Shown: positions 1 to 10,782 of the stretch, one piece after another | Position numbering within the stretch: position 1 is the first letter of the stretch | How the letters are laid out: the number at the start of each line of letters is the position of its first letter | Assembly: GCF_001545095.1 (NCBI RefSeq) | Contig: NZ_CP013213.1 | Coordinates: forward strand, 1,380,001-1,412,000 | Direction of reading: 5' to 3' | Source: Erysipelothrix larvae | GTDB taxonomy: Bacteria; Bacillota_I; Bacilli_A; Erysipelotrichales; Erysipelotrichaceae | DNA: 32,000 nucleotides | Notes under the pieces: model-generated | Told to the model about the DNA's origin: nothing | Database searches by the model: none | Seen by the model: only the letters and a program-made list of their open reading frames with translations | Translations under genes and position numbers: made by a program

Positions 1-308
1 TCTATACTTCGACATGACCTCCGATATACTTAACTGAACTAATTCTATAATGTTCAAAGATTTAGAACCATAAATAGATTGTGATGTTATGATAAGCTAT
101 TTGAATATATAATAAAAAACAGTCTCATATGTCATCATCTAATAAGTAATGTTGAAGTAAAGGCTGTTTTTTGTTTCTTTAATATTTTTATGTCCAATAA
201 TCATTTTTGTTTCAGGGCTTGTAGCTTATATCAAAAACAATCATTAACTTTTTCTTCCAAGCAAAGTAAAAACTTAGACCAATCCCAGCAATTTTTGCTG
301 ACAAATAT

Positions 309-1148
309 TCACCAATTCTTCAAGAAGTTCGCATTATTACTAATTACAACTTCTTTTCCAAGGGAGCTTCGACCAGCAGTGTGCATAATACTGTATTTGA
401 TTATTATAAACCGATTATAAATTAAATTAATTAATTCACAATCATCATAAGTAATTATCCATTGCCCATCTCCTAAATGTTGAGTAATTACATCCTTCAA
501 TTCCACATGATCATTTTCCATAAAATAGTTTTTATATAATTGATGTCCTTTATTAACATACGGTGGATCAATATTGTAAAACAAAGTATCAATTCGTTGA
601 TGGAGTTCATTAATTATCAAATCACTCGCATCTCTGTTAAACAATTCTATGTTTTCACTAAAGCTAGCAATTAGCTCTATCCTATTTTTTATATTTACCT
701 TATTATAACGACAATCAACTTTATACTTACCTTTTTGGGAAACCCCCCCCATTGGTCCACCCGAAATAACACCCGAATAGTTTACTCTATTTAAATAAAA
801 TGTAGCAAATCCATCATCTAATACAGATGTATCTTCACTTATATATATCGATTTCTGTCTTTCTCTCTCTTCAATTGTCACTGGCGTTTCATCTAAAAGT
901 TTTAGAAAGTTTTCAGTATCATGTATTACGGAATACCAGAAATTATAGATGTGAGAATCAAAATCATTTAGAATTACATTCTGTACAACTCCTTCCACAA
1001 GTAGTGCTAAACCAATTGCGAATCCACCAGCGAAAGGCTCTACATATGTTTTGTCTTGAAGTCCGTTTTCGACAATCAGTTTTTTGACTTTATCGTAAAT
1101 TTTAAATTTACCTCCTGGATATCTCAGTGGAGAAATTGTTTGTTTCAT
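309..1148 (-). CDS. Dam-family (D12 class) N6-adenine DNA methyltransferase; last gene of the helicase operon
   Basis: 279-aa ORF with PLRYPGGK near the N-terminus, SAM-binding EPFAGGFAIG and catalytic NIDPPY, in the order typical of Dam/MethyltransfD12. Its ATG at 1148 lies 2 nt after the helicase TAA (1151-1153). Confidence 0.9.
   Translation of the reverse strand: MKQTISPLRYPGGKFKIYDKVKKLIVENGLQDKTYVEPFAGGFAIGLALLVEGVVQNVILNDFDSHIYNFWYSVIHDTENFLKLLDETPVTIEERERQKSIYISEDTSVLDDGFATFYLNRVNYSGVISGGPMGGVSQKGKYKVDCRYNKVNIKNRIELIASFSENIELFNRDASDLIINELHQRIDTLFYNIDPPYVNKGHQLYKNYFMENDHVELKDVITQHLGDGQWIITYDDCELINLIYNRFIIIKYSIMHTAGRSSLGKEVVISNNANFLKNW
743..750 (-). repeat. G8 homopolymer (C8 on + strand) inside the methylase coding sequence
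   Basis: The + strand reads aacccccccc at 741-750. On the coding strand this is atg ggg ggg gtt, encoding PMGGVS. It is currently in frame. Confidence 0.95.
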
Positions 1149-1150
1149 AA

Positions 1151-4100
1151 TTATTTCCTCTTCTCAACGAGTTTACAATATTCTAAATAAGAATTTGGCA
1201 ACCAATCAGATAAATCTAATGGATTAAAAAATATCATATTGGAAACATTGTCACTTTTTTTCAATAATGCTGGTATAACTTCGATATTATTCAATACTTC
1301 TTTTTTGGCAATTCTTGAGTTTTCTTCGATAAGTCTGAGTAGCGGTTCTAAATAATCTTGTTGCTTGCTTTCACTGTATGGTTGAGGATAAACATCAAAC
1401 TGAGCATAATCTAGTAACTGTAACGCTAAGTCCCTATTAAACAGGTCATGATTTCTTTGGTTCCAATAATTATCTAGACAGTTTTTACATGCTCTAGAAC
1501 ATTCACACTCTGTCAAAATTCTCCTTGACTGATCTAGTACTTGATCTAATATTGAACCAATCAATGTAGAGTATCCTGCTCCACTGGATAAATTGTCATA
1601 GAAGAAAAACTCAAGCGATGAATCATCTGCTTTCCCAATTCTAGGACGCCAACCACCACTAATCTCATTATAGTCAATATCTAAAACTATTGAAATGGAT
1701 TTTTTTAAAACCTCATGTAATGAAGTAGCAGCGGATTTTAGGATTGTTTTCTCATCAATACGACCACTTCCAACAAGTTTCTTCGTATCATAAGAAATAT
1801 CGAGCATAAACATATCAGTTAGAAATTCATACCCTAAAAATATATTCGCTTCCACTGAACCGTTATGTTGACAAACGCTATAGCCATGGTAAGGTTGTGT
1901 TACAGAGAATTTATTTGTAACAAGATCATTGGAAACTTCAGCACCCCCGCATTTCTTACATACGTTAAATCCATTTTTTTGTTTTCCCATATTAACAGTT
2001 AAAACGTTACGATCCGGGAGATTTGAAAACTTTATGTTACTCGATTTATACCGTTGCATTTTGGTATTAGAAGGAACATAAGAATAAAATGGTGCTTCAG
2101 TAAACGTGTATTGTTCATCTTCATCTTCAAACTTTACAGATTGTCCTTTAATGGGTGCAAATCCCCATGGTCTTAACATTTTATTTTTTGTATACTCCGA
2201 TCCACAATAAGGGCAAACAGGGTGACTTGATGATTCATTTTCTAAACCGAACCAATTGCATTCTGAACAGACAAGAATATTTTTGAAGTAATCTCTGTTG
2301 TTAAAATAATATTCTGCTTGATTATCTTCATATCCTTTCGGCTTTGGATTGGAATAAATTCCACCACTTTTATATATTTTTTTGTCAATTGTTATAAATC
2401 TACCGGGAGCATATTCGCTTAAAGCAACAGAAATATCACGATCAGGAGCATATTGAATTTCTCTGTTAGCGCTTTTATAGTTCTTCAAATCTTTTTCAAC
2501 ATAAAACTTAACAACATTCTTTGGGAACGAATATGATGGTATAAATCCTTCTTTATAAAACACATCAAAAACACTAGTTTCTTTATCATTATTCATAAAC
2601 TCCTCCCGTCGATTATGAAGAATAATTGTATCATAGATTTCATTAAATAACTTAATAGTACTCACGGTAGACACAGAATTCTTCAACTCGAAGTCTTTTG
2701 CATATTCAATAAACAATGATCCGTATTTCTCACAAAAAGTTATAATTCCTATATCCATTATTCCATCATACTTTGTACGCATTCCATCACTCGACATAAA
2801 ACTATTAATCACTAACATATTAATATGACGTTGTTTAATTTTGTGGTTCATTCGATCTATCCATGGTTTTCGTGGGGCACCAGATATCATTTCCTCAGGA
2901 TTAGAAAAATAATGACTATCGTGGGTTCCACCAGATGCAAAAGTAACAATCGTAGAAATACCCGAGTTAGTTCGCCCTGCACGTCCAGCTCTCTGTTGAT
3001 AGTTTTCTCTCATCGGTGGTATATTTCGTAACCCAACAGCAGTAAGTGAACCAATATCGATCCCAACTTCCATAGTTGTAGTGCAACTTAATACATCAAT
3101 GGAATCTTCCCCATTTTCACCAGCTGTGATATCTTGAAACTTCAATTCATATTTCTCAGTGTTGCTTCGACTATTACTTCTCGGTTCTTTATGTGAAAGT
3201 TGTGCAGTATGTTCCTCTGTTTCAATTGTCTGAATTTTCTCTTGAGTTTCTAGAGCTCTTATAATAGGTTTGCGCCAAAAATCAAATCGAGTCAAATCAT
3301 CATTACCAATAATCTTTAGATCGACTGACTGATAACAAGCAGCACATTTATCTCCTAACTTAAAAGGAGATAATTTACCACAGTGCATACATTTATACCA
3401 AGGAAATTCTTCACTAGTAAACTCAATTCTTACCTTTCGCAAATTAATATAGTATTTACTCTTTTTTGAGGAATCAAAGAAACAATCCCGAATAATGTCC
3501 AATAATTCTTGAGTTTGGTTATCACTTATATTAAATAGACTTTTTGATGTATCTACAAGATTTTTGTCCAAAGACTTAATAAAATCAAAATCTAACCCAA
3601 AATCATTATTCATACTTCTCCCTGGAAGACCTCGTCTCACATCATCATCAATAGTATGTCCTAATGCTGCTTCACCATCCATCACATCCCAAAATAGAGT
3701 AACTAAAAACTGATAAAACAAATCACTATCAATTATAATGTCATTCTCTTCCAATTCCTCAAGACATTCATCTAGTAATATTGATTTTGGGGCTAAATAC
3801 CCAAGCCCAATATCTTTAAATGAACGAGGACTTTCTGTAAAGAACGTTAAAAGTTGCTCATAGTATTGATCAGGAAGTTCTTGAAAATCAGATACAACAT
3901 CTAAAAAATTAAACACATTACCTTTGTTTTCAATTCTTGCTTTTCTTCTTGAAAACTTTCTTTTTTGATCTTGAAATAATAACTTACTAGACCCGTTAAA
4001 AAAACTAAGTTTATTATCTGCGCACACTTCTAAGAAAGCTGGATATAACTCAGCTAGGGAACATTCGTACGAAGCAGTATTTGCTCTTAATGAAGCTAGT

Positions 4101-6370
4101 AATATTGCTTTTCTGAAAGCATCAGCATCTGATGACTTCGATAAATCTAATGCTAGTTTTGCAGCGATTTGTCTTGAATCAGAAAAAAGAAGCACTTTTT
4201 TCCCTTGGTTAATTAAATTAGATTTTGGAGTTTGTAATTCAAACTGCGCTTTAGTTAGATTATAGAACGGGATATTTCCCTTTGTAGATAAATCAGAAGG
4301 TTTTTGTAACCTCATTTGTTTCTTGCATTTTGGACAAACATTAAAATTATATGACTTTGATTTCGTATCAAAGTCATCAGTATAAATAACGGTCAGTAAC
4401 CCATCATCATCCTGTGGTGATAAATACAATTTACCAGTATACGGATCAAGTGCTCCAATATTATCTTTTGATCTTCGATGATATCCTTTGGGAACAATAT
4501 ATAGAAGCATCTCATTTAGTGAATGTACATCTCCACTCAATCCTCTTTTTGGAAATGTATACCAAAATGACTCCCCTTCATTTTTCTGAATGTATACTCT
4601 TAGATACAAACCACCACATTTTCTATGATTTAGAATTTCATAAACTTTTCCGTTGCATTCACATTTTTCCTTAGGAATAGCGATTACTTTTCCTATTGGA
4701 AGTTTTTCTTCAGAAGAATACTTTGCATACTTACATTTTGGATTAGTGCATGCATACAAACCTTGTAAACCTCTTAAGAACATATGTAATCTTACTGGAA
4801 AAAGAACATTTCCATTTTTTGTTGCTAAGGAAGCAACTACAAGTAAAGAGTCTAATGCTTTATCTGAATTTGGATGATTCCCAAATAATTCTTGTTTAAT
4901 AGTGCTGTAGGATTTTGCCCCATCTCGACATATTTCGTTTAGTTTCACAAATGCTTCATATCTATACAGATTATCATATAGCCAAGTTTGTAGTTCTTCT
5001 TGATTCATATCTTCGTTCAATTCTTCATTATAAACTGATTTTGAAAATGATTTAATTCTATCACTAATTTCATTACCATGAACTTGACTAAATCCAATAG
5101 AGACTAAAGCATCAACATTTGTTTGGATTTCAAAACTATTTGAAATTGATTTTTTTGTGCCATATAAGAATTCACAATTATTTGCAGGTTTACCAGTTAA
5201 ACCTTCATAGAAAGCATTGATAGCTTCAAATTCCTCTTTAGGCATACTTGCAGTTGTTAAAATATATTGAACTTGACTTAATGAAATATCTAAACGAGAG
5301 TAGAGTCGTTCAAGTAGCAATGCAATCTCTCCCCCGGAAGATCCTCGGTACATATGTGCTTCATCTAATACAATTAGAAGTTTATTATCTGTAGATTCAT
5401 GAAGCCAGTCTTTTGTTTGATCCCAAATGTTTGCCTCGCGCTGTCTCATCAGCATAAATTCTAACATTGAGTAGTTTGTGATGAGTATATCTGGCGGACA
5501 AGCTTGCATCTCAAATCTTGTAATCAATTCGGCATCAAATGGATCCGTCTCATGAATGTTTCTAGTTAAATTATCGACGAATTTTTCAAGTCCATCTTCA
5601 CCATACCTTGCAGGATACTTATTAACAGATTTTAAGCCTTCAATATCCAAGATTTTCTTTTCTCTATCTGAAGTACGAAGATCGTCCAACAAATACTCTT
5701 TCCTAAATACTTCTGCTAGCTCTTTACTGTTTTGAGGTGTTTTTTTCCCTGGTGATGGTGTTCTGCCGGTGTACATTCCAAAATGAGGAATACGCTTTGC
5801 TTTCGTATCCTCGGTAAATATTTCTTTAAATTTCTCACTTCCAATATTTTTTCTAAATCTCGAAAGTTGATCAGAAACTAGAGCATTCATCGGATATATA
5901 ATTAGAGTCCTAACAGCATTTCTTTCAAAGCTTCGTGGTTTATTCTTAGCTTCATAAAAGCTTTTTGAAATAATTGGCCATAAAAAACATTCTGTTTTCC
6001 CTGAACCAGTTCCTGTTGAAACAAATAAATCTTTTCCTTCCATAAATAATTCCAGAGACTTAACTTGGTGTTCGTATGGGTTTTCATAAATTCCTAAATT
6101 TGCATCAATTAATTTCACAAGTGAACTCTTAATATTATTATCTAAAGCTGCTGATAAACGAATTCCATCATATGATTTTTTATAAGACGCTGATGTCTCG
6201 ATATATGGTTCCTGCGATATACTGGTGTGTTCCGAACAAAACTCCCCCAACAAATCCTCTTCATATAATAATAATGTCTCGCTATTTGCCAAATAATCCG
6301 ATTTAATGTAATCTTTCAAACGAAGCCTAATTGATTCATAATATTCTTTTACTCCAACTGAATTACTCAT
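1151..6370 (-). CDS. Giant DEAH-box helicase with multiple zinc ribbons and a C-terminal DUF1998/MrfA-type Zn domain (DruE-like)
   Basis: Walker [13 protein letters not shown] (~5989-6024) and motif [14 protein letters not shown] (~5341-5380). MrfA/YprA-like [11 protein letters not shown], and helicase-C motifs [13 protein letters not shown] and [12 protein letters not shown]1998 signature [23 protein letters not shown] (~1443-1512). I place the start at ATG 6370, preceded by AAGGAG with an 8-nt spacer, rather than the track ATG at 6388. Confidence 0.85.
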   Translation of the reverse strand: MSNSVGVKEYYESIRLRLKDYIKSDYLANSETLLLYEEDLLGEFCSEHTSISQEPYIETSASYKKSYDGIRLSAALDNNIKSSLVKLIDANLGIYENPYEHQVKSLELFMEGKDLFVSTGTGSGKTECFLWPIISKSFYEAKNKPRSFERNAVRTLIIYPMNALVSDQLSRFRKNIGSEKFKEIFTEDTKAKRIPHFGMYTGRTPSPGKKTPQNSKELAEVFRKEYLLDDLRTSDREKKILDIEGLKSVNKYPARYGEDGLEKFVDNLTRNIHETDPFDAELITRFEMQACPPDILITNYSMLEFMLMRQREANIWDQTKDWLHESTDNKLLIVLDEAHMYRGSSGGEIALLLERLYSRLDISLSQVQYILTTASMPKEEFEAINAFYEGLTGKPANNCEFLYGTKKSISNSFEIQTNVDALVSIGFSQVHGNEISDRIKSFSKSVYNEELNEDMNQEELQTWLYDNLYRYEAFVKLNEICRDGAKSYSTIKQELFGNHPNSDKALDSLLVVASLATKNGNVLFPVRLHMFLRGLQGLYACTNPKCKYAKYSSEEKLPIGKVIAIPKEKCECNGKVYEILNHRKCGGLYLRVYIQKNEGESFWYTFPKRGLSGDVHSLNEMLLYIVPKGYHRRSKDNIGALDPYTGKLYLSPQDDDGLLTVIYTDDFDTKSKSYNFNVCPKCKKQMRLQKPSDLSTKGNIPFYNLTKAQFELQTPKSNLINQGKKVLLFSDSRQIAAKLALDLSKSSDADAFRKAILLASLRANTASYECSLAELYPAFLEVCADNKLSFFNGSSKLLFQDQKRKFSRRKARIENKGNVFNFLDVVSDFQELPDQYYEQLLTFFTESPRSFKDIGLGYLAPKSILLDECLEELEENDIIIDSDLFYQFLVTLFWDVMDGEAALGHTIDDDVRRGLPGRSMNNDFGLDFDFIKSLDKNLVDTSKSLFNISDNQTQELLDIIRDCFFDSSKKSKYYINLRKVRIEFTSEEFPWYKCMHCGKLSPFKLGDKCAACYQSVDLKIIGNDDLTRFDFWRKPIIRALETQEKIQTIETEEHTAQLSHKEPRSNSRSNTEKYELKFQDITAGENGEDSIDVLSCTTTMEVGIDIGSLTAVGLRNIPPMRENYQQRAGRAGRTNSGISTIVTFASGGTHDSHYFSNPEEMISGAPRKPWIDRMNHKIKQRHINMLVINSFMSSDGMRTKYDGIMDIGIITFCEKYGSLFIEYAKDFELKNSVSTVSTIKLFNEIYDTIILHNRREEFMNNDKETSVFDVFYKEGFIPSYSFPKNVVKFYVEKDLKNYKSANREIQYAPDRDISVALSEYAPGRFITIDKKIYKSGGIYSNPKPKGYEDNQAEYYFNNRDYFKNILVCSECNWFGLENESSSHPVCPYCGSEYTKNKMLRPWGFAPIKGQSVKFEDEDEQYTFTEAPFYSYVPSNTKMQRYKSSNIKFSNLPDRNVLTVNMGKQKNGFNVCKKCGGAEVSNDLVTNKFSVTQPYHGYSVCQHNGSVEANIFLGYEFLTDMFMLDISYDTKKLVGSGRIDEKTILKSAATSLHEVLKKSISIVLDIDYNEISGGWRPRIGKADDSSLEFFFYDNLSSGAGYSTLIGSILDQVLDQSRRILTECECSRACKNCLDNYWNQRNHDLFNRDLALQLLDYAQFDVYPQPYSESKQQDYLEPLLRLIEENSRIAKKEVLNNIEVIPALLKKSDNVSNMIFFNPLDLSDWLPNSYLEYCKLVEKRK

Positions 6371-6371
6371 A

Positions 6372-7385
6372 TTATATTTCTCCTTCATAAATTACAATTC
6401 CTATATCATTTAATACACTCCCAACAAATGGCAATGCTTTATTAATAATGATGAAACTACTTTTATCAAATGCGTTACTAGCAGGCCATGCAAGGAGTAA
6501 AAGTAAGTAATATTCTCTATTAGGCAAGTGACCCTCAAATGACAATATAGAATAATTATTATCCAATCTTCTAACTCTAGCTCTCAACGGATTATCATAT
6601 AATGACTTCAATGCAAAGTAGTCTCTACGATACTCATACGCTGTTAATGATCCATTCCTTTCATCTTCAATCATTTCTGCAAAATAGAAATCATTATTCC
6701 GGTTAATTACTCGGTAGTATGTTCGTGTTTTGATTCTACGCGCTATAGTAAATTCTGTGTTTGGACTTTTTTCCCAAGAGCTTGACGGCGATTTTTTCGA
6801 GAGGGGATTGAAGAACTCAAGCTCGTTAATATCAATTTCTTTTAGAGAGAAATCGCTAGAATCGAAATTACATAAACAATATTCTTGTGGACTTAGTGTG
6901 TCTCTAATTAAAAAGTCCTTAGTCTCAACTGGTAATACTATTGATTTTGGTGTAGTTAACACACCTAATCCACTAATTTCGTACCGTATATTTGGAAGTC
7001 CCAACATAATTGCAAAATCATTATCAAATATTAATCCATCACCAAAGTTTGAAACTTGTAACAAATTGGCATTTGTTAACGTCAAATACCCTGTTTCTAA
7101 ATAGACTGTTTGAATGTGTAAGGATAGTTTTACACTAGATTCAGAATAAAGAATATTTTCTAATACTGGGAACAAATCAATATACTTTGCTATTAACTCA
7201 TTTAAAGCAATCGAAATATGGTGTTTCGTCACTCCATCCATTTCATTAATTTTACTAGCTGCAATTGTTAAGCACCATTGACCTAGTGCAGAATAAATTA
7301 CTCTAAATACATAAGAGTCATAGCCTTCATTTTTATAGCATGGGATGTCCATAGACATTCCCATTTTCTCAATCATATCTTTCAT
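6372..7385 (-). CDS. Hypothetical protein, third gene of the operon, no recognisable motif
   Basis: Long ORF in an operon context. ATG 7385 forms an ATGA start/stop overlap with the upstream gene (TGA 7384-7382), so I prefer it to the track start at 7424. Its TAA (6374-6372) lies 1 nt before the helicase ATG. Confidence 0.75.
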   Translation of the reverse strand: MKDMIEKMGMSMDIPCYKNEGYDSYVFRVIYSALGQWCLTIAASKINEMDGVTKHHISIALNELIAKYIDLFPVLENILYSESSVKLSLHIQTVYLETGYLTLTNANLLQVSNFGDGLIFDNDFAIMLGLPNIRYEISGLGVLTTPKSIVLPVETKDFLIRDTLSPQEYCLCNFDSSDFSLKEIDINELEFFNPLSKKSPSSSWEKSPNTEFTIARRIKTRTYYRVINRNNDFYFAEMIEDERNGSLTAYEYRRDYFALKSLYDNPLRARVRRLDNNYSILSFEGHLPNREYYLLLLLAWPASNAFDKSSFIIINKALPFVGSVLNDIGIVIYEGEI

Positions 7386-8971
7386 AATAAAAACCATTCC
7401 ATTAGCTGTTTCCTTATATAGCAATTTCCGGTAAATCCAGCATATTTGACCAATCTTTCTGACTCATTAAAAGGAGAAATATTGGCGACATCCACACTAT
7501 ATGGCAATATACTAAACGCTAATTTGCCACATAAATCCTCTTCATTGCTAATATGATTACATTGAATCATAGCAAATCCTTTATTGTTATATAATTCAGT
7601 GATTATTTCTGTGATTACCTTAGTGGTTTTACGTTCTTGTTTTTCTTGACTAAATATATTTTCTACTTCATTAACCTGAGATGAGTTAGCAGTTAGACTA
7701 ATACAAGCAGATAATTGACTAAATCGATTTACGTTTAGATATTCAACAGTATTCAAGAATTCAAAAGGGACGTAATTAAGTGTCTTATCATATGTTACCA
7801 TTAAGAAAATTATTTTATTCTTATTGTTTTCAAGGATCGAAAATAATTCAGTTTCGTTATAGTTGCCAATGAAATCAACTAAACACTTAATTCTTCCATC
7901 CAAATTCAAGAACGTTTCTATTTCATTACTTCCTATTCCATTCGAATAATTTAACATCTGAATATCCTGGTGTCCAACTAAAGCATTGGAAATACATTTA
8001 ACAAGTAATGATCCCGGTACTCGATTCAGTACTATTGGTTTTCCCAAAAACAGTATCTTTGTAAGATGATGAATCAATAATCGCTCTAGATCTCGATCAT
8101 CAGATAGTAATATATTTCTAAAGTTATCCAATAAGTAGTCAGAAAACTCTTCCATATCAACTGGGACTAATGGTACGTTAGATTCTTGTTGTTTTCTTTT
8201 AATTATTAATTGAATTTTATTCTTGTCAAACCCGATTGGATATTTGAGTGTCCTTGTCCCATTAATTAGTTGTCTTAGCTTTTCCTCATATTGACAAATT
8301 ATATTTTCAAGGTCATTAGTTTTTTCTCTAAGCTCAGCATTAATTTTTTCTTTCAATATTATCTCATCTTCCAGTTTTAATAGTTCTTTTTTTTCCTTTT
8401 CTATTCGCCCAATCTCAATCAATAATTCATTATTCTTTTCTTTAAGATTTTTCTCTGATTTGAATGACACTTCAATTTTTTTGTTTAGTTTTTCTTCCTC
8501 AATCCTGTTCGAATCATTAAGTCTTTGTAATTTCTTAATTTCATCAAGATGCCCTTTTGATATTGTAATCGCATGAGTGATAAACTCAATTTGATCATTA
8601 GTTATCTCAGTTTTGCTATCATATAATTTGAAAAACAAGGGAATATTATCCGAAAAGATACTTTCTGGTAAAACACGGATAAATGATATAAATTCTTTTT
8701 CACTCTTTTCAGTGTTAGGTGTTAATTCAGTTTCAATGTCATTTATCCATATACTAATTATTTGGTCAATAAAAGTAGCTATAAATGAATTTGACTTGTT
8801 TCGTATAATCAAGTCAGGACTTATCTTATCGATTGACTCAGGTCTAAACCCTCTAAATATTTTTGAGAATTGTTTTGAATTCCTCTTGGAATAGTCTATT
8901 CGAACCTGCTTCGGAATTTTACCCCAAATATATTTTGTTTCTTCATCTGTCAATAAACTTACATAATTCAT
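7382..8971 (-). CDS. Hypothetical protein with a central charged coiled-coil-like segment, second gene of the operon
   Basis: 529-aa ORF with a K/E-rich heptad-like stretch (EEEKLNKKIEVSFKSEKNLKEKNNELLIEIGRIEKEKKELLKLEDEIILKEKINAELREKTNDLEN). Its ATG 8971 overlaps the upstream TGA (8970-8968) as ATGA. Confidence 0.8.
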   Translation of the reverse strand: MNYVSLLTDEETKYIWGKIPKQVRIDYSKRNSKQFSKIFRGFRPESIDKISPDLIIRNKSNSFIATFIDQIISIWINDIETELTPNTEKSEKEFISFIRVLPESIFSDNIPLFFKLYDSKTEITNDQIEFITHAITISKGHLDEIKKLQRLNDSNRIEEEKLNKKIEVSFKSEKNLKEKNNELLIEIGRIEKEKKELLKLEDEIILKEKINAELREKTNDLENIICQYEEKLRQLINGTRTLKYPIGFDKNKIQLIIKRKQQESNVPLVPVDMEEFSDYLLDNFRNILLSDDRDLERLLIHHLTKILFLGKPIVLNRVPGSLLVKCISNALVGHQDIQMLNYSNGIGSNEIETFLNLDGRIKCLVDFIGNYNETELFSILENNKNKIIFLMVTYDKTLNYVPFEFLNTVEYLNVNRFSQLSACISLTANSSQVNEVENIFSQEKQERKTTKVITEIITELYNNKGFAMIQCNHISNEEDLCGKLAFSILPYSVDVANISPFNESERLVKYAGFTGNCYIRKQLMEWFLL

Positions 8972-10413
8972 AACTTACCCTCTAATATATATTGCTTTAC
9001 AACGGTATTAATCTGTTTTTTCTCATAACAACCATATACATATTTTTTTGCTTCTTCACAAATTTCAAATCCATCAAACTCACCATCTCTTATACATTCT
9101 GTTCTTTTATAATATTTCAATATATCTGCTAGAATTAGTTTTTTTGAATTTACTAGTCTTTGTCTTGGGTAAACAACACCACATAATCTATTACCTGAGT
9201 AGCACTTGATCGTACTCCCTTTTGTCAAGATAACTTTCTGTCCACTGTTTAACTTATGTACACCTGAACTGTTAAATAAATGATACGACTCTGAACCAGT
9301 AAAAGAAGGAACCTTAAATATTGATGCTTCGTGTTTAGAAAATGTAATTTGATCAAAATCAGTCGAGGTATCTTGATGCGTAGCTAGTACAACATCGATA
9401 TTCTTTGAATTTATTCTCAAATCAGAATCAAAACATACTCTAGTAATCCCTTTTTCATGCCTTCTAATATTATCTTCATCTATATTTATATTTCGTCGAA
9501 ACTTTAGGTCAAATGATGAGTAAAGATATGAAAAATTAGTATTAACTAAGTATTTATTATTCTGATTTATTGCAGGAGGCCATAACAATGTTAGTGTTTC
9601 AGAGTCTTCTAATTCATATCCCCAAGATCTAATAAGATTCATTACTTCTTGACTTCGTTTTGTAAACCTAACAACCCGACCTATAAAATTTCTATCCAAC
9701 GTCCTAAAATAAGTTGGTAACATTGGTGTTTTAATTTCTTGTGGATAATTAATGTCCATTGGTGAAGAGTAGAGTTCTTGATAAGTAATAAAATATGGTA
9801 TATTTGTATACAAAGTTTTACTTAATACAAGTTTCGCCTTATACTTGGGCTCGTCTCCTAACATCTTAAAAAACGTAGGTCTGCTATTTGAATTGAAGAT
9901 TTTTTTAACATCCGAGTAATTATAGTAGGGATTTGAAAGCTCATATTGGTTTGAAAAAAAATCAACTTCTATCTTCGCTACTGAGTTTGGAGAAAAGAAT
10001 GTATGATTAATTGCAACCTTCTTTTTTTGACTTTTGTTATAGTGATTATATATTATAAGGTGTGAACGTTCTTTCTCAAATTTTGATATTTCTTCATCGG
10101 AAAAAGTAACTCCAAAATAAAAAGATTTGTTAAAATTATTATAATAAAAATCGCACTTTATTTTCTTTTTTTTCGGAAATAAATGTACTAATTTAGAATT
10201 ATCTAAATGGCCTAAATACTTCTCACATTCAATGTCGTTATTACCATTTCGATGGCGGAAATGTGCTACCATACTACTACTATCCGCAGCCGCAATCTTT
10301 ACTTCTTCACCACAATGTAAGCACTCATAACGAAGAGGTTCATAATCACTATTATCTTCCACAGAATCTGCAAATACTGAAATCTGAAGTACCGAATCAA
10401 ACGCTTTCAGCAT
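8968..10413 (-). CDS. Hypothetical protein with an N-terminal Cys/His zinc-finger-like module, first gene of the operon
   Basis: Long ORF. The module is CLHCGEEV...HFRHRNGNNDIEC at 10228-10323. The track GTG start (10425) lies inside the AGGAGG Shine-Dalgarno (10425-10430), so ATG 10413 is the likelier start. Confidence 0.8.
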   Translation of the reverse strand: MLKAFDSVLQISVFADSVEDNSDYEPLRYECLHCGEEVKIAAADSSSMVAHFRHRNGNNDIECEKYLGHLDNSKLVHLFPKKKKIKCDFYYNNFNKSFYFGVTFSDEEISKFEKERSHLIIYNHYNKSQKKKVAINHTFFSPNSVAKIEVDFFSNQYELSNPYYNYSDVKKIFNSNSRPTFFKMLGDEPKYKAKLVLSKTLYTNIPYFITYQELYSSPMDINYPQEIKTPMLPTYFRTLDRNFIGRVVRFTKRSQEVMNLIRSWGYELEDSETLTLLWPPAINQNNKYLVNTNFSYLYSSFDLKFRRNINIDEDNIRRHEKGITRVCFDSDLRINSKNIDVVLATHQDTSTDFDQITFSKHEASIFKVPSFTGSESYHLFNSSGVHKLNSGQKVILTKGSTIKCYSGNRLCGVVYPRQRLVNSKKLILADILKYYKRTECIRDGEFDGFEICEEAKKYVYGCYEKKQINTVVKQYILEGKL

Positions 10414-10563
10414 TCTGAATAACACCTCCTAATATAAACATATTTTTTTCAGTTAAAGTAAAGAAATATATACTTGAATTCTGTCCAAGCCAGAATAAAT
10501 AGTTTGAGTTTTAATCAAAACTAAGTATAAGAAATGGCATTAATAAATAATTTAAACTTCCAC

Positions 10564-10598
10564 TGTAATAAAATATAATCCTATTATATTTTATTACA
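10564..10598. promoter_or_regulatory. Perfect 16-bp inverted repeat (tgtaataaaatataat-cct-attatattttattaca), operator-like
   Basis: The arms at 10564-10579 and 10583-10598 are exact reverse complements with a 3-nt spacer. The repeat overlaps the predicted -10 of the operon promoter. Confidence 0.6.
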
Positions 10599-10611
10599 TA
10601 GATTAAATCAA
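10583..10611 (-). promoter_or_regulatory. Putative sigma-A promoter of the helicase/methylase operon
   Basis: Minus strand reads TTGATT (10611-10606), a 17-nt spacer, then a perfect TATAAT (10588-10583). This is about 170 nt upstream of ATG 10413. Confidence 0.45.
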
Positions 10612-10782
10612 CACCACTATGAAAGCGATTTCTTAAATTATAGTAGATTTCATAGGATAAAATACTTTGTTTAACACGATGAGGCAAAAAAAAAGGAAGC
10701 TTTTCTTTTAGAATTAAGTTTCAAGACAAAATCTAAAGGCGACTTCCAATATACAATTCTATCATATTTATTGTGCATTAAA

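Noticed and set aside
1-15. A possible minus-strand gene start (ggaggtcATGTCGAAGTATAGA) running off the left edge.
   Set aside because: Only five codons are visible and the SD-ATG spacing is very short. That is too little to support a call.
115-176. aaaaaacag...ctgtttttt downstream of the methylase gene as its terminator; also the cagcaa-ttt-ttgctg hairpin at 285-299.
   Set aside because: The first has an A/T-only 9-bp stem with a ~40-nt loop. The second is a 6-bp stem not followed by a T-run on the relevant strand. Neither is a convincing intrinsic terminator.
309-10413. Calling the operon a canonical DISARM or a canonical Druantia type I/II/III.
   Set aside because: There is no PLD-type DrmC, no SNF2 DrmD and no separate DrmB, since the helicase and DUF1998 are fused. 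The methylase is a Dam/D12 type rather than the C5 DruM. The gene number and sizes do not fit DruABCD or DruFG as I recall them. Without HMM searches I can only call it DruE-like or unclassified.
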